Below are positions 13,985 through 29,722 of a stretch of 64,000 nt of DNA, in pieces; the first letter of the stretch is position 1, and each line of letters begins with the position of its first letter. The DNA comes from the human T2T-CHM13v2.0 reference genome, Homo sapiens, in the NCBI RefSeq assembly GCF_009914755.1, contig NC_060931.1; one strand, given 5' to 3'. The notes under the pieces were generated by a model. That model did not search any database, was not told where the DNA came from, and worked only from the letters and a program-made list of their open reading frames with translations. A program made the position numbers and the translations under genes.

Positions 13985-15670
13985 AGGTTTCTGTCTGGTA
14001 TAATTTTCCTTCTACCTGAAAGGACTTTCTTTAACATTTTTGTAGTGCAGGTCTTCTGTTGATGAATTTGTTCAACTTTTGTATGTTAGGAAAAGTCTTA
14101 TTTTACCTTTAGTTTTAAAAGAGATTTTTGTTGTGTATAGAATTCTAGATAGATAGTTTTTGTATTTGAGTATTTTAGAAATGTGGTTCTTCTCACGTTT
14201 ATTGTTTTTGATGAGAAATTCAGTGTCATTGGTATTTTTCTTCCTTTATATTTAATGTGTTTTTTTCCTCTTACTATTTTTAAGATTTACTCTTTATCAT
14301 TGAATTTAAGTGGTTGATTATGTTGTGTCCTCTTTATTTTCTTTATTTTTTATGCTTGGGGTTCAGTGACCTTTTTGTATCTGTATACTTATGGTTTTCA
14401 TTAAATTTTGAAAATTTTAGGCCATTATTTCTTCAGCTGTTTTTTCTGTCTTTCCTCTTCTTCAGGGACTCGAGTACACATATGTTTTGTTGCTTAAAGT
14501 TGTTTCAGAGTTCACTTGTGCTTTTTTTTTTCACTTGTGCTTTTTTTTTAAGTCCCTTTTCTCTCTGTTTCATTTTAAATAGTTAAATTTTATTTGTCTC
14601 CAAGTTCACTAATCTTTTCTTTGCAATATTTAATCTGCCATTAGTCCCATCCAGTATATATATATTTTTTATCTCAGACATTGTTGTTTTCATTCCTAGA
14701 AGTTTGATTTGAGTCTTTTTCATGTCTTTCATGTTTCTATGTGTTTACTGTGTTCAATTTTCTTCTAGCTTCTTGAACATATGGAATACACATGTTTAAA
14801 TGTCCGTTCATTAACTTGATCATCTGGCTCATTTCTGTATCAGTTTTGATTGATTGGCTTTTCTACTCATTATGGGTTATATTTTTCTGCCTCTCTGCAT
14901 GCCTAGTAATTTTTGATTGGATGTCATATATTGTGAATTATACCTTGCTGGGTGTTGGGATATTTTTTATATTCCTAAAAATATTCTTGAGCTTTGTTCT
15001 GGGATGTGGTTTAATTACTTGGCAACAGTTTGATTTTTTTGAGCCTTGTTTTCAAGCTTTGTTTAGTGGTACCAGAGCAGCATTTAGACTGGGGTTACTC
15101 TCTCCCCACTACTGAGGAAAGACCCTTCTTTCAATTAGAGAATACTGTAATTGTTCTCCCATGAATTATGAGTTTTTCCACTCTGGCTGGTAGGAATAAC
15201 CACTATTCCTGGCCCTTTTTGAGTTCCAGGCACTGTTCCCTGTAGTCCTTTTTGGGTGATTCTTTCTCCAGCCTGGGTTAATTTCCTCACACGCATATGC
15301 TGATCACTAATCAGCTCAAGACTTGAGGGGGACTCCTTGCAGATCTCTCGAGTTCTTTTTCTACATGATTCTTCTCTGGTACTCTCTCCTGAAACTATTC
15401 TCCTTAGCTTTCCTAGACTCTCAGTTTCTCTCCATAACTCAGGGAGACCACTGGATTCTGCCTGAGTTTGCCTCTTTGCCCTGTGGCCTTAAAAGTCTCT
15501 CTAGACAGTAATAAGCTGGAGCAGTTATAGAGGTGACCTCTGTTGTTTCTTTTCTTTCAGGGATCACTGACCTTTTATCCTGATGTCCAGTGGCTTGAGA
15601 GCTGTTCTTCATTCAGTTTTTTAGTTTTCAGGTGGTAGAGTTCATTTGGTTCTTGTTACTTTATCTTGGC
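13985..15670 (-). mobile_element. Old L1M fragment
   Basis: T-rich degenerate antisense L1 text (ctttaacattttttgtagtgcaggtct, caagttcactaatcttttct). Confidence 0.6.
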
Positions 15671-16300
15671 ACGATTTTAGTTGCATCTAATTGTGTGTTT
15701 TAGAGTCGCTATCAGGAGAAATGTTTATTTAGAGGAGCCAAGATATTCTTTCTCAAGTGATTTGAATTATCTGGTATTCTAGGTACCCAGGTTTAAAAGC
15801 CTGTATGGTTTTTCTGCACGTATTTGGCATTCTGTTCTTAGTTTTCTATTCCATGGTACTCAAAGTAGCTGGTTCAGAAACTTTGTTACTGGTCTGTGTT
15901 GGAATGAAAAATGTACACTGCAATGTATGTAAATGCATTACTTTCTTCACTGAGAAAGTATTGCTATGAAAAGCTGTTAGGTGAACCCAACAGTGTGGTT
16001 AGTGATGTAGTTGATTTATATTTTGTACAAGTGTCTTGTCTTGATATAGCCTGGTAACTGTCGGTGGTCTAGTACTGTTCGCCTAGTCACACTCTTGAGT
16101 AGCTGCTTGTACTTTATATTACGTAGTTTAACAAACGTGGACTTTTATTTAATATGCTTTTTATTGTACTCAAGAATATAGATAGGTTCTGTAAGATTGT
16201 ATCCAGGATTATTCAGTTGCAGATATAAAAGAAAGCAAGCATCCAAAAGCCAACCTATATTAACTTCAGTTACCTTGATTTTTAAAAAACTTATACAATT

Positions 16301-16591
<291 letters not shown>

Positions 16592-18967
16592 GTATACAAT
16601 TTGGATGGTTTTTTGTATATTTATAGAGTCATGCCACCATCACCAAAATTTAATTTTAGGATGTTTTTTATCATCCTGCAAAGAAACCTTGAGTCCATTA
16701 ACAGTCACTCCTTACATACCCCTGTCTCCAGCCCTAGGTAACCTTGAGTCTACTTTCTCTGTCTCTATATTTGCCTTTTTTTTAATATTTGTTTAATGAT
16801 TTTGAGGTTCATCCATAGATCAGTACTTTGTTTCTTTTTATTGCTTAATAATATTCTATATCTTGATGTAAAATTTTCTTTTTAAAATATAGAGACAAGG
16901 CCTCACTATGTTTCCCAGCTGGCCTCAGACTCCTGGACTCCAGCCATCCTCTCACCCCAGCCTCTCAAGTAACTGGGACTACAGGTGTGCACCACTGTGC
17001 TTGGCTCATATCTAGATTTTTGATTTTTGAGGCAAATATCTTGAGGCACTTTCTGACAAGTGCTTTGCTGTTTTGAGATCCTCTACCATATGTATTTGTT
17101 GCCCTTCAAATTGGCTGTTTTTGGATTAAGTGTACTCAGTATCATAGCAGTGTTTGAACTAGCTTTGTAATTTCCCTATTTTTGGCTTTTAGTTGCTACA
17201 TTTTCTCTTCAAGATTCAGATATTTAAAGTAATTTACAATAGTAGTTGAATTTGGGTATGATCAGTGATGCATATCTTATACTTTATTACATAGCCAATT
17301 TAATTTTTTGTCTTAATGGCAGTGTATCAGATGAGTTACTTGATTTGAATACTAGTCAGGGATAAATAATGAATTAGAGTGAAGACAAAGAAACCCAACA
17401 GTGTAAAGTTTTTGTTGTTCTTAATGTAACAGTCTATGTCATAAGTCATTGAAGTCTGGGGAGGGGATCGCAGATTTGCTTTGCATGATTATTCGGGGGC
17501 CTTGTTACCTTTTATATCATTCCACTGCCCACCCTTAGATTCCTAGAGAATTTATGTCTTCGTGATAGAAACTTGGTCACTGACATATCCTGGTTTCAGC
17601 TGGATGAAAGGGGAAAGAGATCTTAGACAAGGCATGATCAATAGTGTAAGTTATAGAGGTGGAAGTAATATATATCATTTCATTTATATTTAACTGATGA
17701 TAATTTAGATGACTATAATGCATTGCAAGAGAAGCTGGGAATACAGTGTAGTTGGGCAGTGATATGTAGTTACTATGGTTGAAAGGAGGTCATAATTTGG
17801 CAGACAACCAGCAGTCTCTGCCACAACACACAACACCAATATAGTAGTCTTTGAATTTAGCAGTTTGTGAATGAGATCTGGAAGTTATCTTTGGAGAGTA
17901 TCTTATAACTTAATCTATTTATTAGTACCACTGTTAAGAAAGGTCATATCAAGAGTAGATAAAAATCAAATTACCAAAATTTCAGTACCTCAATTATTAA
18001 AATTTTCAGTTATTATTTTAGAAAACTTTTGTTTAAAGATATTGGAAAGTTGAAATCATTCTCAGTTCTTCCATTTACTAGCTGTGTAACCTTTGATAAA
18101 CTACTTAACTTCTCTGTGGCTCACTTTTCTCATGTGAACGAGCCTTATAGTCGTTCCTAATTCTTAGGCCATGTGCTCATCAAATGAGAATGTATTATAC
18201 ATAAAGCACATAACATTTCCTACACAGTAGCTCTCAAGATAGCTGTTATTGTTATCATAGCATTAGGTACCTGGTTTTGGACAGAGGCAGTTTAAGGCAT
18301 TTAGTATCTAATACATGGAATTGCCAAAAACCAGTTTTGAATTTATGATCTCATTGAATTTGTTTTTGTTTGTTTTTGCCAATTGTCATCAAGAAAAGAT
18401 ACAAAAGGCTTAATTTTAATACATGGGGTGATGATTATAACTTATGTATACATAGCAATATATTTCTTTCAAGCCAATTACTTTAATTTTGTACCTGCTT
18501 TACAAAGTAATAGTTTTAAGAAACTCATAATATATTATTTCTACAATATATTTATATACTTTTAAACCCATAATTTTTGTATTGATAAGTACAGAACTGT
18601 ACAATGAAGCATTTTCATAGTTTATTTCATAAGACTACATCATTGAGTAGTTCCCATTCAATTTAATTAAAAGGTAATTTTAAGTAAAGTTATACTACCC
18701 TAAATTTTTTTACTTATTCCCTAACTCTTTAAAAATGTATATGAAACCTAATGTTAAAAAAAAATCACTAGTTTGTGGAATAAATTCATATTCAGGAAAT
18801 AATTTAGACACTAATATATTTGTAGCCTGTCTCTCTTCCCCCTCCTCTCCACTCCAACCACAAAAATAGTGCTTGGATCTGTTATTTTCTGTAAAAGTTG
18901 AATTTAAGTACATTTGTTCATAGCAGATTTTTCAGTGAATTGAAGGTAGCCCTCACATTTTTTACTA

Positions 18968-20265
<1,298 letters not shown>

Positions 20266-22340
20266 AAATATTATATTTTTGTCTGGTGGATTTGTAGAAA
20301 CCAGAGAAGATGTCTTTATAGTCTGTGTAGCTGTCATCATAACTTGGTATTATAGTTGATTTCAAAATTAGGTGTTTGAGAAAAGCCAGATTAAGTAAAA
20401 TGAGTGATATTTGATTTAAAATCTGACTAGCAATTTTCATAAATAATTGTTTTGTCAATAATTTGTTATTTAAAGTGTTCAGGTGCTAGTTTACTAAATT
20501 TTACTCTGTGTATGTGTGAATCTAGAATACCATACCTTTTTTCTAGATAATTGTTAGTGATACTGTATCTGGTTTCTTCATATGCTTTTGTTTATAATCA
20601 GAATTTTATTTTTTAACATGAGAATAAATGTGCTCTGTTATTTTAAATACTTTTAAAATGTGTTTAGCCACCTAGATGAATGATTCATAATCTTTTTATC
20701 GGGTTATTCATAAGTGAGAGTTATGACTTGTGGGAATTGGTAATAGTGGCTCATGGAAACAGTGATTTTTTTAGTTTAGGAGTGGGAGGAAAGTCCCTGC
20801 ATGAATCTGAAGTACTCAAATCTCTTTATCTCCCTTTGCCCCAATTTTTATGATTGTTTTCATATCGGCATACAATGTAGCAGGCTTAATTATCTGATGG
20901 AGGTTTTCTTTGTTTTAATATTAGAATTATGATGTCCTTTTGGCATGATTTACAAATGACTAAAAGTGTTTTAGAAAAATTGTCTTTTAGATTTTATCTT
21001 TTAAAGTTAATTTTTGAAAGCATGATTCCTAGTTGTTTGAAATGGCAAAGCTCTTAGCTTTTTCATGCTAAGAACGACGGAGCCACATTGAAGATGCTTA
21101 TGCTTAACTCAGACATGAAAACTACAGGCCTGAAGAATAATCCTTACTTTATCGTTTTCATGTGTTTTGAAAGGAGGCTTGGATGCTGGGAAGCTATCAG
21201 GTGCCTTTATGGGCACCAGAGAAAGTCTAAGACGCTTGTTGTAGTCAGAGTTAATTTATAATTCACTGTAAAGTTAACTGACTCAAAGCAATTAGTTCAT
21301 GATTTACATTCAGTTGCTAGTGATTTTTTTCTCTTTTCCTATGCATTTTGTAGAATGCTGTATACCCGTTATAGGGCTTCATTACTTACAGGATTGGAAA
21401 GTAATTTTGTCCTAGGGAGAAATACTTGGGTTAAATCTGTAGTGTATTTGCAGTGCCAAGAGAGCACTGGTGGTAAAACTAAAAATAAAAAAAATGTGAA
21501 CATTATTTAGAAACCTCTCTGGCCATCTTTATAAATCAACAAGACAAATCCTGAAAATGTGCCCAATTTCACAGCAATCATTATGATTGCAGAGGAAATA
21601 AATATTATTTGTTTTTTTCTCTGGTATTATGGCATTGGAACCAAAAAAGCATTTTGTACAACAGTTTTTGGTTAGTGTTACAAATTCAGTCAGACAAACA
21701 TTTGCTTTGACCAAAAATAAGTCAATAGGGTGTATCTGACTTTTAGAAAATAATGTAGCAATGTTCATATTCTAGCAAGATATTTAAAATGATATTCTAT
21801 CAAGAAAATACTTGGGTGAGTTCTTTTATGTGAATTAAAGTGAATTATAAATACTATATAATCTTTCATACTTTTAACTTGGCAGAACGGTGATTTTTTT
21901 AGTTTTTGTTGCTGGGTAGGTAAGTATTACTGTTTTGGGGAGAAATTTTAAAATTGTTCTTTAATAAAAATAATTTTATCTTAATTTACCAATTCTTTTA
22001 TAATATAGTTTTCTATAACAAAGCACTTCCCTATATACACTGTTATATTTGAGTCTTATGAATTGTCCATTTAAAGTAGAATATTCCAAGTAGAAATTCA
22101 ATTCAACATTCAATTTGTTGCACTTACTACCTCTTTTATATTTGTCTTAGTGTCTTTGAATATTTGTTTAGGCCTCTGAGTCACACTGGCAAGAAGATTA
22201 GGAACATGGCTTTAGGCATATGTTAGTGCTTTGATGGCAGTTAGTGACCTGTGCTAGAAAAAGTGGGTGTTAACCTTGATGGTGTCGTGTAAGACTTGAT
22301 ATGTCGTGACTAATTTTTAAAATTTTTTTCTCATTTTTCT

Positions 22341-22359
22341 TGCCTGCCCCCTGGTGGAG
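22341..22359 (-). promoter_or_regulatory. CTCF core motif (CCACCAGGGGGCAG on the - strand)
   Basis: ctgccccctggtgg at 22344-22357 fits consensus CCASYAGRKGGCRS exactly; isolated GC-rich word in AT-rich unique DNA; occupancy not shown. Confidence 0.65.
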
Positions 22360-22436
22360 AAAAGTTAGTAAAATCAACATACAGGGTACATGAAAAGTCT
22401 GAAGGTGGGGGGAAAATGTATATAAATAAACGAATC

Positions 22437-22683
22437 ATTGCTCATGCCTGTAGTCCCAGCACTTTTGGAGGCCGAGGCAGGAGGATTGTTTGAGCCCAGG
22501 AGTTTCAGCCTGGGTGACATGGCAAAACCCTGTCTCTATTAAAAAAAAAATTAGCCAGGCGTGGTGGTGGGTGCCTGTAGTCCCAACTACCTGGGAGGCT
22601 GAGGTGGGAGGATCACCTGAGCTGTGATTGTGCCACCATACTGCAGCCTGAGTGACAAAGTGAGACCCCAAACAAAAAACAAA
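22437..22683 (+). mobile_element. Degenerate AluJ-like element with internal deletions
   Basis: gctcatgcctgtagtcccagcac...gtgagacccc followed by A-rich tail. Confidence 0.9.
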
Positions 22684-22879
22684 TTATCGATTAATTTAGT
22701 ATATGAAAATTTAAATATATGTTATCATTTCAGGTTTTATAGTCTTAGCTTCTCAAATTTGGAGGGAACAAATGTGGGATTAAAATTCTAAGAATACATA
22801 GTTTTCTTAAAGATATGCAAATTTGCTTTACTGATTATGTTTCTGTGTTTTCTCAAAATACCTTGTTGTCACTTCTCAG

Positions 22880-23028
22880 GGTCTTACTGAAGTAACACAA
22901 AGCTTAAAAATGGAAAATGAAGAGTTTAAGAAGAGGTTCAGTGATGCTACATCCAAAGCCCATCAGCTTGAGGAAGATATTGTGTCAGTAACACATAAAG
23001 CAATTGAAAAAGAAACCGAATTAGACAG
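22880..23028 (+). CDS. TAX1BP1: TAX1BP1 coding exon (probable exon 6; ~aa 205-254)
   Basis: cttctcag|GGT CTT ACT GAA...TTA GAC AG|gtattt; GLTEVTQSLKMENEEFKKRF...KETELD; 149 nt. Confidence 0.96.
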
Positions 23029-23115
23029 GTATTTCTCATGCTTTTAAAAAATAAATTCAATAAAAATTTTAAAACTTTAAAACATTATAATGTTACTTTA
23101 TCATACCTATCTTAG

Positions 23116-23206
23116 TTTAAAGGACAAACTCAAGAAGGCACAACATGAAAGAGAACAACTTGAATGTCAGTTGAAGACAGAGAAGGATGAAAAGGAACTT
23201 TATAAG
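23116..23206 (+). CDS. TAX1BP1: TAX1BP1 coding exon (probable exon 7; ~aa 254-284)
   Basis: atcttag|T TTA AAG GAC...TAT AAG|gtaatt; (S)LKDKLKKAQHEREQLECQLKTEKDEKELYK; 91 nt, completes the phase-2 codon. Confidence 0.96.
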
Positions 23207-23239
23207 GTAATTTATTTTTTACCATATCTATTGCCTGTT

Positions 23240-23570
23240 GCTTCAAAAGAAATGACCCCAGAACTTAGGGGCTGTAGGTCAGCAATTTAGGAGCAGCTTA
23301 GCTGAGTGGTTCTGGCTCTAGCCTCTTGTGTAGTTGCAGTCAGGATGTTGGCAAGGGGTGCAGTCAGCTAAGGGCTTGATTGGGACTGGAGGGTTTGCTT
23401 TCAAGATGGCTTACTCCAGTGGCTTTTGGCAGGAGAACCTTCAGCTCCTCTTGAAGTGGTCTTTTCATAGGCTGCTTGAATATCCTCACAGCATGGCAGC
23501 TAGCTTCTCTCAGAGTGAGTGATCCAGGAGAGAGCAAGGAGGAAGTCACAGTCATGTTGTATATCACCCC
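23240..23570. mobile_element. MaLR (MLT1-like) LTR fragment
   Basis: gcttagctgagtggttctggctc...ttcaagatggcttactc...cagcatggcagctagcttc. Confidence 0.6.
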
Positions 23571-23840
23571 TAAAAGTTAGTTTTCAGGGAATTAATTTGC
23601 TGCTGTTTTAGATACTTAACAGGTAGTGTGTAATAAGTTGAAGAGGTTTAATGGAATTAAGATACTTGTTTATCACAATTCATGTAACTATTTTTCCTTT
23701 TTAAGAACATATATATATATACACATTGGGGAGAACATTAATTTAGTAATAATCCCATTTTAGAGTTTGACTTTTAGAATATCTTCAGAGATGTCATTTT
23801 GTAAAAATATCCTCACTGCTAACAAATCTTGACCGCTTGA

Positions 23841-24158
<318 letters not shown>

Positions 24159-25134
24159 TAAGCAACCCTGAAATATAGGGTAGTTAGCTTAATTGTCAGT
24201 AATGCTGTGGGTGCAAATTGAGACTTATTTTTTTAAGTGGCTCATAAGCATTTCCTGAAGGCAATTCCAGATGAGGAATTTCAAGAACATTCTGAGTTAA
24301 GTCCGTTTCTTGTTAAGTCAATTTAATGAGCTGATGATTATGAACATCAGGTAGCGTTTTAAAGTGATGCTGCAAGGGTGTTGGTTGCTGATGTCTTCAG
24401 AGAATCAGGAGTTAATATTCTATCCTTGTGAACAGGAATTAGTCCTTCAGCATTCTGTATATTTAAAGAGTAAAGTGCAAGAAGTAAGTTAATTCATTTC
24501 TCCTCAGTACTCTTAACGAAAGCAGGATATACTTGATAGTGTACACTACAGGTCTGTATTTATAATTCCAGTTATTGAATTTGATTTGTATGTGTGTTAG
24601 GAGCAAATCAGCAATAGCGAAAGTCATGGGAAAATCAATATAGTTGGGTTAGTCAACAAATACATTTTTCAGCACATTGAAACTAAATGATATCGTACTT
24701 TTCGCCTGCAGAAAATGGAATTGTTTGAGATGTTGTTTTTGAATGCACCCCTTCTAGTTTTCCAGAGTCTTGTCGTGCCAGATTTGAATATGCCAAATAA
24801 CATAATTTGTTTCCCCAAAAGAACAACCAAATCTATTTGCATTTTTAAAGAGAACCTGAAACCATTAAATCAAAGGAAAAGACTTTAGAGATCAGGTGAT
24901 GTTGTTAGGGCTTAGAATAATCTCTCTGGAAAATAAAAAAGCTTAGAAAAGCTGTGTTCTGCTCCTGCATGCTTAACTAGTCATTTGGCAGAACCTGGGT
25001 CTCCTAAATCCTAGTCTAGTATGTCTTTCCTTCCTTTCGTTGTCTTTGGGTTAGAAATATAATGGTATTTTAAACTTTGACTAACTTAGGTCATGGAGTT
25101 AGAATATTCTTGACATTTTCAAACACCATTACAG

Positions 25135-25320
25135 GTACATTTGAAGAATACAGAAATAGAAAATACCAAGCTTATGTCAGAGGTCCAGACTTTAAAAAAT
25201 TTAGATGGGAACAAAGAAAGCGTGATTACTCATTTCAAAGAAGAGATTGGCAGGCTGCAGTTATGTTTGGCTGAAAAGGAAAATCTGCAAAGAACTTTCC
25301 TGCTTACAACCTCAAGTAAA
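25135..25320 (+). CDS. TAX1BP1: TAX1BP1 coding exon (probable exon 8; ~aa 285-346)
   Basis: attacag|GTA CAT TTG...AGT AAA|gtaagt; VHLKNTEIENTKLMSEV...FLLTTSSK; 186 nt. Confidence 0.96.
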
Positions 25321-25399
25321 GTAAGTACTTTTGCTATATATATTTGAAGATTGTAAAACATACCTATGAAATGTATGCAATATGATTTTCATTTTTAAT

Positions 25400-27400
25400 T
25401 CCCCCAAGCTTTTGTTCTAAAAAAGTTCAAACTTACAAAACAGTTGGAAGAACAGAACAATGAATACTGATGTACCCTAAAATATTTTGCCATTCTTTGT
25501 TTTATCTCCCTCATTTATATGCCTTTTTTTCTGAGCGATGTGAGTTGCAAGTATTACGATAATTTACTCTAAATACTTTAGCATGTCTCCCTTATGAACA
25601 AGTGCATTCTTCTTCATAGCCATGACACCGTTATTACACCTAAGAATTTAGCACTGATTGAATAACAGTCATTCTCATAGTTAGTTCACAATCACATTGC
25701 CCTAAATGTATTCTTATATAATCTTTAAAATTTTGTGATTCACAGTTAGTCAAAGACTACATATTATTTTGATTGTTGTATTTTGAGTCGGTTTCAGTCT
25801 AGAATAGTGTCCCTACACTTTTTATGACATTGATATTTTTGGAGAAGACAGGCTAGTCTGAGAAAATGTTCTATAATCTGGATTTGTCTGTTGTTTCTCA
25901 TGACTAGATTCAGGTGAGACATTTTTGCAAGAAAAGACATAGATGATGTTTTGTCCATCCTGTTGGAGTCATATCAAAAGTTATATAATGTCAATTTGTT
26001 CCGTTCTTGATAATGTTAGGTTTAATAATTTGTTTAAAGTTATGCCTACCTGTCTCTATATAGGTGCCTTTCTTTTCTTTCCCTGTTTGTGATTATTAAG
26101 CAATCTGTATAAACACCCTGTTCTCCAACAGCCTTTCCTCAATGTTTTTATTGTCCTTTGATGCTCCTCACCTGCATCAGCTATTATGTTGGTAATAATT
26201 AATGATAGAAAAATGGTGATTTAAAAAATTCTATTATGCCTTCTACATTTATTTGTAGGTAATCTTTTATCATGAGGACATTCCTGTCACCCTTCCCTCT
26301 TTTTTAAATATAACTTTGGACTTACTGATTTTTTGCTGCATATTATGCATAATCATCATTATTCTTTTTCATACCCAAATTGTTCTGAATTTAACCAGGG
26401 GAACCTTTTCAAGCCTGCTTTTTTGTCCTGATATGTTCCTATAATGCTTTGAATACTTTCTTGCTTTATGGCACAACTGTATGTTCTAACTTCAGGTTGT
26501 TCCCCCAGACCTGATATTACCATTTCTCCAAGAAACTCTGTTTTTTTTAGTAGGTAATGGTATTTTGAAACCAAGAACTGGATCCTATTGCTACTACGGG
26601 GCTGCTGCTTTGCACATTCAGTGGGTATTTTGCATCTTTAATTTATATTGATAGCTCCAATTCAGATTTAGTACCTTAGGATTCTTCCTTCCTTTGCTCC
26701 ATTCCATATTTATATCTCTCTTCTCGCAATGTGAGAACTCTTGTTTCCCAAACATCATTATTACTCATGTGTTTCCATCCAGCCGTACACACCAGTGTTT
26801 TCACAATTATTACATCAATGCCACTTCCAACAATAAATGTACTAAATAAAGCTAAGGTATTTTTACAGCTCTTTTTTCTTAGAATATGTTTCACTAAGGA
26901 TGTATAGAAACGCCATGTTCAAAAGTTACTTGAACTATTTTTTTGCATACCTATGTTATAAATTTGTAATATAATTTCATTTGCTTGTATTTAATTTTAA
27001 TATTTGCTTTTATTCTTCTGTTTGATTTATTTTTATTGTTTGAATATGTAAAACAGTTGCTTTGTTCAGAAGTCAAAATGATAGAAAAATTTTACTCTGA
27101 GGTCTCAATCTCTTCCTTGTTTTTTTAAACCCTTTCCTTACCTATGCCCATAGATAAACATTTTCATAAGTTTCTAGTTTATTCTTATGTTTCTTTTTGT
27201 AAAAATAAGCTTATATATGCATGTGTACATGTACATACATCCTTCTTTATCCTCTTCGTTCTTAAAAAAGGTAGCGCTACTATACATACCATTTTGCACC
27301 TTTTTCTCACTGAACAAAGTAAGTTGCTAGTTACTCCATATCAGTTTGTAGAGATCTTCCTCATTTGAAAAAAATGGCCACATAATATTCCATTATATAG
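25400..27400 (-). mobile_element. Old L1MC-like 3' fragments
   Basis: Degenerate L1MC phrases (aatttactctaaatactttagcatg, ccatttctccaagaaactctg). Confidence 0.55.
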
Positions 27401-29722
27401 ATTTACCTTGATTGATTCATTATTTCTTATGATGTTATTTTTAGTAATTTGCTATTAAAAATACTCAGACATAGTTAATGTAATACCTAAAACGTCAGAA
27501 GCGCATGACATTTAGAATTAATGGTTAATCCTTGTTACTTTTTAATGTAACAGATTGCCAGTGCAAACATGAGAAGTGTATTTGATTATTTGTTATTTAA
27601 TAAGATGCTAAAAATTTCTCTAAGCATCTTTTTCCTATTTAAGCAAGACTTCTGTGAGGAAAAGCGTAGTTATGGAAGTACCTGAGAAAAATGACTACTA
27701 GTTGCTAAAGCTTTTAAAAGATTGTGAAAGTAGTTTGAGGTGATGGTTATAAAAAAATTTAAACAGTACATGAGGATACAAAGTAAAATGTAATCCTCAT
27801 CCCTTCTCAGATAAGTAAGTTATTATTGAATTTATGAATATACGTATATTTATATTTTAACACAAATTAGAATTTATACATTTTTTCCTTTTAAAAAAAT
27901 TTATAAATGGATATCTTGCACTATGATACACATGTGGATCTTTTTCATTCATCATAACAACTGCCTAGTATTTCTTCTCTTCATTTAACAACTGTGTAGT
28001 ATATGTTTTTTGATTGTTTTTGATTGTTTATAGTCTTCAGCTTTTATAAGCATCCTGCAGTAAACATCCTTATAGCAATATGTAGGCACATTTATAATCC
28101 GTAGAATAAGTTCTTTCAAGTGGAATTACTGGGTCAATGAGTATTTAAATTTTGATAGTTATTTTCAAATTACCTTTCAAAAAAATGTTCTATTGATTTT
28201 TTTATTCCCACCAAGAGTATATGAGATATGTATTGTTTGTAATGTCTGCACAGACTTTGATTATATAGAGGTAGTATATCATAGTTTATCATAAATTCTC
28301 ATGTTGGTAGACATTTTAGGTTCTTAATGATTTTTCATTATTTTAGTATTTTATTGAATCCTTGTAAAGCTAAACCTATGTCTATACCCTTTGATAATTT
28401 TCTTGGAAACTTATGGAAATAAAATTGCTAGATCAAAAGCTGTGAGAATTTTTAAGGTGCTGATGAATGTTGTAAACATCTGATGAGAAAAGATGCCAGT
28501 TACAGTTTATATAAGCCCACCTGTTTGTGAATGTGCCAGTTGCCCTAAACCCATGCAAATATTGGAATGTTACTGTTTTTTTGATCTTTGTTAGTTTGAA
28601 AGGTGAATGGCATTTGTTTTAACTTATTTGTTTGATTGTTGGTGAGTTGAATTTTTTTACTGCATAATCGCATTTATTTCTTTAGAAAATTTTGTATGTT
28701 CATGACTTTTGACTTTTGTTTTGTTTCTCCTTATTGACTAGAAAAGTTATTTATATCAAGTATTATTATACCTTTCTTGAATATATTACATATAATTTTC
28801 TTCTAGTTCTTTTTCTTCTCCTTTGACATATAGAAGTTGGCGATCTTTTTATAGGTAGATCTATTAGTGTGATGCCTCCGAAGATTTTGTCCATGCCAAC
28901 ACTGCATAAAATCATCATTTACATTTCCTTCTAAGGGGCTAACAGTTTAGAAACCAATATTGGGTTGCATTTTTTTCCTGATTTTACATTATTTTTAGTA
29001 CAGAGATTAAAAACAGGAAGTTGAATAAACTAAATTTATTGTGTTTATAATGTTTAAATGTTATAATGTTTAAACATTAATATTAAAGGAAATAATTTCA
29101 CCATGGCAATTTTAGCTTTTTAAAGATACTTTTAGGTTTGTCAAGCAGTATGAATTACTTTTCATTTTCCCAATGCCTCGTCTTTACTATTTGTATATCA
29201 ATATTTTGTTTTTAGAACTAAGGCCTAAATCTGTTCTGTGTTTTTATAATGATATGAAATAGATTTATATTATATTGGATGTCTCTTGGGGTAGAAAGTA
29301 GGAAACATCTTTTAACCAAAATTTTTGGTGTTACAAAGAAGCTTTCGGAATGATTTTTACTGGTAGTCATACAAAATGAGGGTCAGTATTTCTAGCTGAA
29401 GAGATTCTGGGGGATGGGATCTTTTGTTTGAGCCTCAGTTTGGGCAGGTCCTTAAGCACTGGGTATGTTGCCTGACTCGCTGTACTTTAGCTTCCTTGTG
29501 TATAAAGTAGTAGCAGTGAAACCAAGTACATAGGGTTGTTATAGAGGGAACCTAAAACAAAGTTACTTCTTAAGTTTTTTGTAGGCATATACTCTGTAAG
29601 TCATGAGTAGAAAAACCAATATCTAAAATTTTGGCCCTGTTGAAATATGTGCGAAAATTGTTTCTGCTTCTGTTTTTTACTTGAGTGGTTGAATTACAAA
29701 TATATTTATCTGCTTTCTTCAG

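Noticed and set aside
14314-15115. Hydrophobic ORFs resembling small membrane proteins
   Set aside because: T-rich antisense L1 remnant produces Phe/Leu-rich frames; no splice or coding signal.
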